Part shown: piece after piece, positions 27,222-35,704 of the stretch | Layout: each line of letters starts with the position of its first letter | How positions within the stretch are numbered: position 1 is the first letter of the stretch | Sequence record: NC_054922.1 | Origin: Escherichia phage vB_EcoM_KAW1E185 | Strand: one strand, 5' to 3' | DNA: 64,000 nucleotides | Notes under the pieces: generated by a model | Told to the model about the DNA's origin: nothing | Seen by the model: only the letters and a program-made list of their open reading frames with translations | Databases searched by the model: none | Program-made: the position numbers and the translations under genes

Positions 27222-27759
27222 TTACTATTTCCAAAAGTTTATTATTTTTAAGGTAATTAGCCTTTTCTAGGACTTCAGAAGCATATTTAGAACCAGCTTT
27301 AACATTCCATCCCGAATTATAAGAGGATATTGCTTTTCTTATATCGCCCTTATGTATATTTAACCAATAAGAAAGTTCAATGTACGCCCATGAAGCTGAA
27401 TTGGATCGTTTATTCAACATTCTTTTTATTTCAGCATCGGTCATATTATAACCAAGTTCCTTAACTCTTGCTCGCATAGTAGGCAAATAATTTTGGAACA
27501 TTCCATAGGCGTGATGCTTTGGTTTAGATTTTAAATTAACTCCGCCAGAGCTTTCTTGCCATAAAATGGCTGCCATTATATGACCTAATCCGCTCTTGTG
27601 GATATTTTTATGTGTTTTATATTTTCCATCCTTAGAAAATTGTTCCCCGAATTGATACGCGTAACGCATGTTATCGAGTTGGACATTACTGAAAGTATGC
27701 TCGGAGCTATGTGCCATCATTGAAATGGCCAATAGACCAGCGAGTAGTGCTTTTCTCAT
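27214..27759 (-). CDS. Secreted lytic-transglycosylase-like (SLT domain) protein, 181 aa
   Basis: Signal peptide MRKALLAGLLAISMMAHS; motifs WQESSGG, YGMFQ, SSYNSG. Confidence 0.55.
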   Translation of the reverse strand: MRKALLAGLLAISMMAHSSEHTFSNVQLDNMRYAYQFGEQFSKDGKYKTHKNIHKSGLGHIMAAILWQESSGGVNLKSKPKHHAYGMFQNYLPTMRARVKELGYNMTDAEIKRMLNKRSNSASWAYIELSYWLNIHKGDIRKAISSYNSGWNVKAGSKYASEVLEKANYLKNNKLLEIVND

Positions 27760-27766
27760 GCTTACC

Positions 27767-28228
27767 TCATTGAGTTTTAATTACTGCTTTAGAAGCCTTT
27801 CCTGGTAAACGACGACTGTTAATAATTGCCATCCTACATTGAAGTGACGGGTCTTTGAACTTCTCATTAGGTTTACAAACTGTAAATCCAAGCCAAAGAT
27901 TTCCATCTGTGATTTCTAAACGTCCAGGACGATATTCAACCCCATCAATAAAATCCTCGTCAATGTCAGGACGCGGAGGCATACTCAGGAATTCATTAAC
28001 TTCTAAAACATGGTCTTTTATTTTATGGAATAATTCAAAAACATATGTCTCATCAATCTCCCGCTGAATTGCGCGATCAAGAAGATGCTGAGAATATTTT
28101 AGATGAAACGATGAGACCCCTGCTGCTTTTGATGCCTCACGAATCTCATTGTTAATTTGACGAAACTCCGACTCAAAGTGACGACGAAGCTTATTTCGAC
28201 GGATAAAAACTTCTGTATTGATAGTCAT
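27767..28228 (-). CDS. regB: Endoribonuclease RegB
   Basis: 153 aa beginning MTINTEVFIRRNKLRRHFESEF; recognised as T4 RegB from memory. Confidence 0.8.
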   Translation of the reverse strand: MTINTEVFIRRNKLRRHFESEFRQINNEIREASKAAGVSSFHLKYSQHLLDRAIQREIDETYVFELFHKIKDHVLEVNEFLSMPPRPDIDEDFIDGVEYRPGRLEITDGNLWLGFTVCKPNEKFKDPSLQCRMAIINSRRLPGKASKAVIKTQ

Positions 28229-28255
28229 GTTGTTCTCCTCTTAACTGATAGAAAA

Positions 28256-28284
28256 ATTATACCACAGTCAAGAGGAAAAGTAAA
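28256..28284 (-). promoter_or_regulatory. Early promoter upstream of regB
   Basis: Minus strand TTTACT - 17 nt - TATAAT. Confidence 0.6.
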
Positions 28285-28287
28285 CAG

Positions 28288-28566
28288 TTATTCTTTAAAT
28301 CTAATCAATTTATTCATAGACTTTGAAACTTCTGCACGAACCTCATGTAGATTTTTGAGCTGTTCAAGACGCTGCGTATAGTAAGCAATTTCATCTTCTT
28401 CGAGACAGTCCTGCGAATCTTCTTTAAGATAACGTGCATAGTCCTGGAAAGCGTTACGGACTACTTCCTGGAAGTCATCAAGACTTTGAATTTTCTTAGG
28501 AGCAGCAGACACACGACGAGGGGCAGTATAATACTCATAACCAAACCCTGCGCTTAATTGAGCCAT
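28288..28566 (-). CDS. Hypothetical small acidic protein (92 aa from MAQLSAG)
   Basis: ATG overlaps stop of upstream ORF. Confidence 0.45.
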   Translation of the reverse strand: MAQLSAGFGYEYYTAPRRVSAAPKKIQSLDDFQEVVRNAFQDYARYLKEDSQDCLEEDEIAYYTQRLEQLKNLHEVRAEVSKSMNKLIRFKE

Positions 28567-28832
28567 TAGTATTTTTCCTCTGGTTGGAACACAGCACGAC
28601 AAGCCCACATACTGGCTTCTTTGAGTTTCGTTTTAGCAATAGCTAACTGATCGAGGCTTTCAGCATAATTCTTCGCGAGTTCAAAGTCTTCGCAATCGTC
28701 CCACGCTTCCCAGAATTCATCGTATAAAGCGTCAAAGATAAGTCCTAAACGAACTTCAGCGTCTTTGATAGCATTCACTTTACCGATTTTCTCTTCAGTA
28801 TGTGGTTTATAACCCTTAATATCTTCAATCAT
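28566..28832 (-). CDS. Hypothetical small acidic protein (88 aa from MIEDIKG)
   Basis: SD GAGGAAG upstream of ATG 28832. Confidence 0.45.
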   Translation of the reverse strand: MIEDIKGYKPHTEEKIGKVNAIKDAEVRLGLIFDALYDEFWEAWDDCEDFELAKNYAESLDQLAIAKTKLKEASMWACRAVFQPEEKY

Positions 28833-29046
28833 ATTTGACTTCCTCACCAGTACATAAATCATATTCAACTAAACGAATGGGTTCATGAATGCCATATCCC
28901 TGAACAGAAATTTCTGTCGTAGGATAAATTCCATCAATATCACCCATATTCCACGCTTCATTAAATTGCTGTTCACCTGAATTACTAAACCACTCGGCGA
29001 AAGCATTTAGCACATCTTTAGAACCTTCAATAATTATCTTTGCCAT
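28825..29046 (-). CDS. Hypothetical small protein (73 aa)
   Basis: ORF track. Confidence 0.45.
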   Translation of the reverse strand: MAKIIIEGSKDVLNAFAEWFSNSGEQQFNEAWNMGDIDGIYPTTEISVQGYGIHEPIRLVEYDLCTGEEVKYD

Positions 29047-29408
29047 TACAAACTCTCGGTGAAGGTACGAGCGATAACGTCGCGCTGCTGTTCCGGAGTC
29101 AGAGAGTTAAAGCGAACTGCATAACCGGATACACGGATGGTCAGCTGCGGATATTTTTCCGGATGCTTAACTGCATCTTCCAGAGTTTCACGACGCAAAA
29201 CGTTAACGTTCAGGTGTTGACCACCTTCAATTTTAACTGTAGGTTGTGGCTCAATTTCAATTTCACGGGCATGCAAACCATAGAAAATTTCTGGGTCTAC
29301 AAAAGAGTCCTCTTTAAAGGTTTTAGAGACAATAATTCGTGCTTGAATACCATCTTCAAAATAAATAGTACCTTTATGTGTGCCTTCAAGAATTTGATAT
29401 GCTTTCAT
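29046..29408 (-). CDS. Autonomous glycyl radical cofactor (GrcA/YfiD-like; T4 Y06I-type)
   Basis: C-terminal [29 protein letters not shown] glycyl-radical domain. Confidence 0.85.
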   Translation of the reverse strand: MKAYQILEGTHKGTIYFEDGIQARIIVSKTFKEDSFVDPEIFYGLHAREIEIEPQPTVKIEGGQHLNVNVLRRETLEDAVKHPEKYPQLTIRVSGYAVRFNSLTPEQQRDVIARTFTESL

Positions 29409-29415
29409 ATAAACC

Positions 29416-29796
29416 TCAATTAGAAAATAAATTTATCCAAGATTGTTCTTTAATTAAAAATGGCTCAGAATCATATGCCATTAAACTTTGCGTAATTAAT
29501 CCTTTAAAAGGTCCATCAATAAATTCCATGGTAAAATATGGAATTTTATTCATTAGCCGTGCATTAGGAGCAGTGCACAAAACTCTGCATCCTTTGAATA
29601 CGCCTTTTTGTAATTTGTATTGCTTAGGATAAAATTCACTTAAAATGTTATTTTTTGCCAAAATTTCAAAATGATTCACCAATTTATTTTTAATAGTTTT
29701 TGGTGAAAAATAAAGATATTCAAAAAGTTGCGCATCTGTCATCATTGCATTCCGATTACGAAAAACTGTGGACGAGTAATACCACCAATGCAACAT
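29416..29796 (-). CDS. Hypothetical protein (126 aa); possible 3' part of a split P-loop NTPase
   Basis: Overlaps upstream ORF by 55 nt in another frame; contains LCTAPN. Confidence 0.4.
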   Translation of the reverse strand: MLHWWYYSSTVFRNRNAMMTDAQLFEYLYFSPKTIKNKLVNHFEILAKNNILSEFYPKQYKLQKGVFKGCRVLCTAPNARLMNKIPYFTMEFIDGPFKGLITQSLMAYDSEPFLIKEQSWINLFSN

Positions 29797-30281
29797 TTAC
29801 TATTACAGCAGTAGTGTACAGTGTCAATATGGACACTATAAATCTTATCCATATCAGGAGATTTGACAGGCTCATCAATTATATACAAAATTCGCGAAAG
29901 CGATAAACCTCTGAACTTGCTTCCTTTATTACCAATAAAACTGCGCACAGAATCAGTAAATAAACGAAAACGTATATCATCATTAGAATAACGCGAAAAT
30001 TCCTTTTTGATGTTATTTGCAGAAATTTTAGCGTAAGCTGAAGTATTAGAAAGAACAATAACTGTTCCGCCATCATACAACCAATTAGCAGCAAAGTTAG
30101 TCACAGCAATTGATTTACCAGATTGACGTCCACCGTCTAGTCGAAGTGTGCAGTACTGTTTAAGTAATTCTTCAAATGGCGGGATATATTCGTTTTTACA
30201 AATTTCTTCTACTCTAGCATCAGAATGGTGTGTAAAAGCATTCATCAGGGATAGATAAGGACCAGTTAAAAATGTTCTCAT
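29742..30281 (-). CDS. P-loop NTPase with terminase-like Walker A (179 aa)
   Basis: Walker A LDGGRQSGKS, Walker B ILYIIDEP. Confidence 0.5.
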   Translation of the reverse strand: MRTFLTGPYLSLMNAFTHHSDARVEEICKNEYIPPFEELLKQYCTLRLDGGRQSGKSIAVTNFAANWLYDGGTVIVLSNTSAYAKISANNIKKEFSRYSNDDIRFRLFTDSVRSFIGNKGSKFRGLSLSRILYIIDEPVKSPDMDKIYSVHIDTVHYCCNSKCCIGGITRPQFFVIGMQ

Positions 30282-30421
30282 TTCTTCTCTCTAAGTTTGG
30301 GCCATTCCATGGCGCATGAATTGTCCATTTCTGTATTTACCCATTACCGCACTTGGGCTCGACCTTATTACAGGTTGGCGGGAATCCCTCATAGAATCAT
30401 GAGGTCCAGGTTGTTCCCATG

Positions 30422-30895
30422 TTATTTGAACGATTTAACGTACTGAATAGAACCTTTACTATTCACAAAGGCAATTTTACCATTTTTGTTATACATGGTA
30501 GCAGTACGTTGATAGCCATAAGTTTGTTTACCAGATTGATAACCAACTAATGCGAAATTATCTTCACCCATTTTATTCTGCTTAGCACGAATGCGTTCAT
30601 GACCATGTGCCATAAGAACCTTAGCATCACCAGTTGCAATGGATCTACGAGTTTTTTCATCTTCAACTGTATTAACAAAGTCGTCAAATGAATCAAATTT
30701 AGCATGAGATTTATTATACAGTTTTCCATCTACTGCATAATTATATCCTTGTACATCCATCTCAACTTCTGTACCATCATCCAGTACAGCAGTGATTTTC
30801 TGTCCTTTTTTAAATTTCAAAAGATCAGTAAAAGATTCAGCAATAATTTGAGAATTAATAGCTGCTTCAGTAATAAATTCTTGATATGTTTTCAT
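30422..30895 (-). CDS. Internal-protein-like capsid-targeted protein (157 aa)
   Basis: N-terminal MKTYQEFITEA resembles the T4 internal-protein capsid targeting sequence. Confidence 0.6.
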   Translation of the reverse strand: MKTYQEFITEAAINSQIIAESFTDLLKFKKGQKITAVLDDGTEVEMDVQGYNYAVDGKLYNKSHAKFDSFDDFVNTVEDEKTRRSIATGDAKVLMAHGHERIRAKQNKMGEDNFALVGYQSGKQTYGYQRTATMYNKNGKIAFVNSKGSIQYVKSFK

Positions 30896-30954
30896 GTGTA
30901 TCCTTTAAATGTAAATATTTTAATTAATAATTTATCTCTTCAAGTAACTGTGAA

Positions 30955-30984
30955 TATACTATCACAATTCTAGGAGAAAGTAAA
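30955..30984 (-). promoter_or_regulatory. Early promoter
   Basis: Minus strand TTTACT - 17 nt - TAGTAT. Confidence 0.55.
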
Positions 30985-30989
30985 CAACT

Positions 30990-31520
<531 letters not shown>

Positions 31521-31961
31521 TTAAAAGAGGTTGTTCATTATTCGGTAAAGTGAAGGACCCATCACATATTGCCACTGAGTACGAGGAATAAGAGCAAAAG
31601 CGTCCATCTCTGGAATCATAACGCCATCTTTATTTTCAAAATAAGACTCGCAATGGCAATTTCTGAACATCTCATGCTCTACTGGAATCGTATAATAAAA
31701 TAACTGTAAGTCTTTATTACTAGAATATTTAAATACACCTAGGTCTTCTAGAAGGTCTGGATTATAATTGCTAAAACCGGTCTCTTCTAAACATTCTCTT
31801 CGTGCTGCATCTAATGCGCTCAAATCAGAACATTCTACACGACCTTTTGGAATATCCCAGCGATGTGCCATCATTCCAGGCTTACGAGAACCAGTAACTC
31901 GTCCCATAAATAAATCTTTATCTTCTGTCATAAAGATAATACCAGCTGATAATGTTTTCAT
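31521..31961 (-). CDS. nudE: Nudix hydrolase NudE (start taken at internal ATG; ORF track 31521-31976)
   Basis: Nudix box GRVECSDLSALDAARRECLEETGF; SD AGGAAA and ATGA overlap favour the ATG at 31961. Confidence 0.8.
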   Translation of the reverse strand: MKTLSAGIIFMTEDKDLFMGRVTGSRKPGMMAHRWDIPKGRVECSDLSALDAARRECLEETGFSNYNPDLLEDLGVFKYSSNKDLQLFYYTIPVEHEMFRNCHCESYFENKDGVMIPEMDAFALIPRTQWQYVMGPSLYRIMNNLF

Positions 31962-32446
31962 TTTAATTTCCTGCATTCAGTGATAAAGCTATTTAAATTT
32001 TGGGTATATTTCTTTTCATCAAAAATCTTTTGTTGTCTGCGTAAACGCCATGGCATTTCAATGAACGTGTACCATATCCCAGATAGTATTGCTGCTGTAA
32101 AAATATTAACAAGTATGGTTAAAATAATCCAATCTCCCGTTCTGTCTACTGGACTTTCTCCAAAGAAGCAAAATACAAATGATGTCACAGGAAAACTAAT
32201 AATGTACCACAGAATCATAATTTTATCTGTGAACCAATCAGCGTTCGTTAATTTAGCGCGACCATTATGAATACACACGAATTTATCATCTGTTGCAGTA
32301 GATGGCTTAGCTGCTTGATATCCCATTCTAAACTCCCTAATCAACAAATTTTTCATATCTTCGGAACAACCATTCCAGTCAACTCTATCAACTGAAATGC
32401 CATCATCCCCATCATCTAAATCATACCAGCGAGTTTTTAAAATCAT
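31958..32446 (-). CDS. Membrane protein paralog M1 (162 aa, 2 TM)
   Basis: Two hydrophobic segments then WRLRRQQK and C-terminal ECRKLK. Confidence 0.5.
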   Translation of the reverse strand: MILKTRWYDLDDGDDGISVDRVDWNGCSEDMKNLLIREFRMGYQAAKPSTATDDKFVCIHNGRAKLTNADWFTDKIMILWYIISFPVTSFVFCFFGESPVDRTGDWIILTILVNIFTAAILSGIWYTFIEMPWRLRRQQKIFDEKKYTQNLNSFITECRKLK

Positions 32447-32805
32447 TTAATTTTCCTACAATCACTCACAAACTCTTCCATTGATTCTTTTTCAATATAA
32501 GACATGTAGCTATTATATTCCTTTAATTGTATTTTGTAATCCTTTTTTCTTTGCCAATTTATTTTAAAATTATCATAATGAAAATATAACATTGTACCAA
32601 AGAATGAAAATAATGAAATAATTTTAGTATAGTGAAGTTCACTCCAAACTTCTATTATATTTACTGTGCCGTCAATGTTTAAAATAAGACAGTCAATTAA
32701 CAATCCAAAAAGACTACCCGCAAGAGCTGCAGCCAACGCCACAGCAAAAATTAAAAATGACTCAGGAAGCGAATATTTGACTTTATTTAGTTTTGGCTTT
32801 TGCAT
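32443..32805 (-). CDS. Membrane protein paralog M2 (120 aa, 2 TM)
   Basis: Two TM segments then WQRKKDYK and C-terminal DCRKIK. Confidence 0.5.
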   Translation of the reverse strand: MQKPKLNKVKYSLPESFLIFAVALAAALAGSLFGLLIDCLILNIDGTVNIIEVWSELHYTKIISLFSFFGTMLYFHYDNFKINWQRKKDYKIQLKEYNSYMSYIEKESMEEFVSDCRKIK

Positions 32806-33200
32806 CGTGATTCCTTAACAAATTTCATAATTTCATCAAATTCATACGCAGCAAGTTTAAGCTGATGTTCCTTTTTAATCTTTTTACACTGTGCTTTCCA
32901 ATCACGTACGCGTTTACGATAATGCCTTCCTTGATACCAGTATCCTACCCAATTTACAGGTATTAATAAAAATGGAACTATCATTGGAAGAATTAATGTT
33001 GACGCAAATATTATATTAGATTCAATATCAGTCATAACATCTATAACTATTCCAACCCCCAGTAGAATTACAAATGATACAGCTATTACAGGACCTATTA
33101 ATACATCAGTAGAAATTATCTGACGCTTTAATTCATACTTCAACGGTTTACTTGGAAGGTATAGTGATGGTTTTGACATATTCTCTACATTCCTTAACAA
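32787..33200 (-). CDS. Membrane protein paralog M3 (137 aa, 2 TM; start uncertain)
   Basis: Two TM segments then RHYRKRVRDWK and C-terminal ESRCK. Confidence 0.5.
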   Translation of the reverse strand: MLRNVENMSKPSLYLPSKPLKYELKRQIISTDVLIGPVIAVSFVILLGVGIVIDVMTDIESNIIFASTLILPMIVPFLLIPVNWVGYWYQGRHYRKRVRDWKAQCKKIKKEHQLKLAAYEFDEIMKFVKESRCKSQN

Positions 33201-33756
33201 ATTTTTCTAATAATAAATCGCTTTCAAAATTGGGATTTTCTACGAATTTATCAAAAAGATCATCAACAATAGTTAAGATATTCTTTTTACTAAGAATACG
33301 TTTATTTTCATGCTTCGTTTCAGAATCAACTATAAGAGTAAAGAAATATTTCTTGCCCTGAAATTTTACAGTAGTATCAATATAGAATAAATTTGACTTT
33401 TGTAAATTACGTTTAAACCATGCATCACTTAAACTATAAACGCCAAGATAATCATAATCGTCGTTTAAATAACATACTGTCCATTCAGGAGAAATGAAAT
33501 CAGTAAATTCAACATCAAAATCGCATGTTAATAAATGAATTGATTCAATACTGTTAATAAGTATTCCAGGACGTATTAAAGACTTTTTACCTCTAGAAAA
33601 TCTTCCAGAAAGGCTTTCATCAGTTTCATATGAAGAACCCCAATAATAATTACGTCCTTCTGCCATACGTTTAAGAGCATTTAATAATTGGTCTGGAACA
33701 TCAACTTGTCTTTGGAATTCTTCAAACATTGAATTGAAATCACTTTGCATTCTCAT
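33148..33756 (-). CDS. Hypothetical protein (202 aa)
   Basis: ORF track; C-terminus FVKECREYVK overlaps next gene start. Confidence 0.5.
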   Translation of the reverse strand: MRMQSDFNSMFEEFQRQVDVPDQLLNALKRMAEGRNYYWGSSYETDESLSGRFSRGKKSLIRPGILINSIESIHLLTCDFDVEFTDFISPEWTVCYLNDDYDYLGVYSLSDAWFKRNLQKSNLFYIDTTVKFQGKKYFFTLIVDSETKHENKRILSKKNILTIVDDLFDKFVENPNFESDLLLEKFVKECREYVKTITIPSK

Positions 33757-33797
33757 TCCTATTTACTCCAAGTAATAGGGGTCGAAGCCCCTTATCA

Positions 33798-34391
33798 TTA
33801 TTTCAGAGAATTAATATATTCCTGAACATCGGCAGAGGTGGTTTCAACCCCAGAAATATTACCGTTAAAGGTTTCAACTCGAGCAAGAGTATCTTCAATA
33901 TCAACCTTAGTCAGCGCTGCAATTTCAACTACATCATCGGCAGTACTAATTCCAAGGGCATTCGCTGCACGAGTTTCACGGATATATTCCAATTTAACTG
34001 CAAGTTCTTGGCGAGCATCATCTAACTCAACTACTTTCTTGGCGATTTCAATTCGCATTTCAGCATAACCATCAGCTTTAGTAGTCAACTGCTCAGCTGT
34101 TCGACGATATAGTAAACCAAGTTTAGCATGCATTGTTACATCTTGACCTTCAGAAAGAAGCTTGCGAATTTCACGCTCTTTTGATTCAGCCTGTTTATTC
34201 TTTTCAATAACAAGTTCACGAATACGTTTTTCTTCATTAATAGATTTAACAGAAGCAGTTTTTAGATCTTTAATTTTATCAAGCAATTTTGCTGCTGCGG
34301 CAGTATACTGCTCTTCAACAGATAGATTTTTAGCCATAGCAGAACCAAGTTTAGTGCGAATAAACTCAACAATTTTCTTCAGTGTGTTCAT
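33798..34391 (-). CDS. Coiled-coil protein (197 aa), PspA/IM30-like architecture (speculative)
   Basis: Long heptad-rich, Ala/Glu/Lys/Arg-rich helices throughout. Confidence 0.45.
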   Translation of the reverse strand: MNTLKKIVEFIRTKLGSAMAKNLSVEEQYTAAAAKLLDKIKDLKTASVKSINEEKRIRELVIEKNKQAESKEREIRKLLSEGQDVTMHAKLGLLYRRTAEQLTTKADGYAEMRIEIAKKVVELDDARQELAVKLEYIRETRAANALGISTADDVVEIAALTKVDIEDTLARVETFNGNISGVETTSADVQEYINSLK

Positions 34392-34679
34392 AGTATTTCC
34401 TTAGGTTAATTAAGATTTAAAATCCATGAGAGTATTATACTCCGGATAGTTTGTAAACTATTTCAACATCGCCTTTTGCTGCTTTATAACCTTCAGCCCA
34501 AGATATAACCGAGTTTTTATCTGAAGATTCAAATTCTGGCATTGGGCTTTCGCCAATGTTCACACAATATGTTTCTTCATTTTCGTCAAACCAAATAATT
34601 AAAGTAGTCATTTATTTCTCCGTTTCTGTATTTGTTTTGATAAGTCTATAATAACACCGTCCTTGGTGTTTGTACACAA

Positions 34680-34955
34680 TTATTTCATATTATTGAAATA
34701 TTCTTCTGCGATTTCATCGTTATCATGGTAAACTTTAGAAGACAGTTTAACATAACCTTCTGCCGTGAACATATTAATCACAACCTTTACAGTATACCAC
34801 TGACCATCTTCATTACCCATTACTGCGTAAGTTTCAAACATCGGATGATCAGGACCGATAACTTTAATATCATTCACTGTACGACCAAAATCTTCTGAAA
34901 CACATTTCATAAAGAAGTTGAACAGTTCGCCGTAATTATCCATTTCATTCTCCAA
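34680..34955 (-). CDS. Hypothetical acidic protein (91 aa)
   Basis: ORF track; downstream of early promoter. Confidence 0.5.
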   Translation of the reverse strand: MENEMDNYGELFNFFMKCVSEDFGRTVNDIKVIGPDHPMFETYAVMGNEDGQWYTVKVVINMFTAEGYVKLSSKVYHDNDEIAEEYFNNMK

Positions 34956-34986
34956 GTTGTTTTCTGTATCAGTAGTTGATAGTTGT

Positions 34987-35015
34987 ATAGTACCATGGAA
35001 GAACGGGGATGTAAA
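34987..35015 (-). promoter_or_regulatory. Early promoter
   Basis: Minus strand TTTACA - 17 nt - TACTAT then ACAACTATC. Confidence 0.6.
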
Positions 35016-35137
35016 CCGTTTTGTGAAAAAAATTTTAAAAATTTTTAGGGAATTCTAGGGCGGGGATGGAAAATTAAAAGATAGGATAATATATTATAAA
35101 GGGTAGAAACTAAATGATGCCTAGAGAGGCCCAGAAA

Positions 35138-35166
35138 GGCCTAGATACCAAAAAGCCCCAACCGAA
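35138..35166 (-). terminator. Intrinsic terminator downstream of internal-protein gene
   Basis: Minus strand GCCCCAACC-UUUC-GGUUGGGGC followed by UUUUUGG. Confidence 0.75.
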
Positions 35167-35184
35167 AGGTTGGGGCTAAGAATG

Positions 35185-35658
35185 TTATTTGATTTGTTTA
35201 GCAGACCAAATGCGGTCTTTGATAATTTTTTGGATGTCTTCAACATATTCAAGAGAGTGAACATGTGGGTTATCTTTGAAACTATAAGCACGAGCTAGCT
35301 TTTGGCCTTCAGTTTTGATTACTAAAAGCTCTTTAAGGATAGCTTCATATTTGGAGATAATTCCTTTAACGATATTTTTCTCTTGTGTGACTTTAGGATC
35401 TGCTTTAGGAGCAGGTTTACCCGAAGCCTTTGCAAAAGCAGCGCCAGTAGCAACTAAACTTTTCCAGGCCATACTAACTGCATTCCCTGTAAATCCTTCG
35501 GCTTTCATATCACGAGCAAATTGGAATCGTGATTCATCGGAAGCATCTTTATAGGAATATTTACCCGCGGCAATGGCTGCTTTTGCGACAGCTTGAATTT
35601 CGGTGCTAGATGCTTCATTTAACACCGCTTCATTTAAAAATTGAGCATATGATTTCAT
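35185..35658 (-). CDS. Internal protein III-like capsid-targeted protein (157 aa from MKSYAQF)
   Basis: SD AGGAAA before ATG 35658; N-terminus MKSYAQFLNEA resembles the capsid targeting sequence; ORF-track 216-aa form overruns terminator and late promoter. Confidence 0.6.
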   Translation of the reverse strand: MKSYAQFLNEAVLNEASSTEIQAVAKAAIAAGKYSYKDASDESRFQFARDMKAEGFTGNAVSMAWKSLVATGAAFAKASGKPAPKADPKVTQEKNIVKGIISKYEAILKELLVIKTEGQKLARAYSFKDNPHVHSLEYVEDIQKIIKDRIWSAKQIK

Positions 35659-35696
35659 CTTATTTCCTGTTTTAATTTGTAGATTTAATATACTAA

Positions 35697-35704
35697 TATT
35701 TATA
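35697..35704 (-). promoter_or_regulatory. T4 late promoter
   Basis: Plus tatttata = minus TATAAATA, ~40 nt upstream of ATG. Confidence 0.6.

Noticed and set aside
29040-29632. Plus-strand ORFs 29040-29423 and 29378-29632
   Set aside because: The first is antisense to the GrcA-like gene, whose translation matches a known protein family; the second is antisense to 29416-29796.
34436-34611. Possible 58-codon minus-strand ORF between the coiled-coil gene and the 91-aa gene
   Set aside because: On careful re-reading the frame is 47 codons with a hydrophobic low-complexity tail; retained only as a possible leader peptide.
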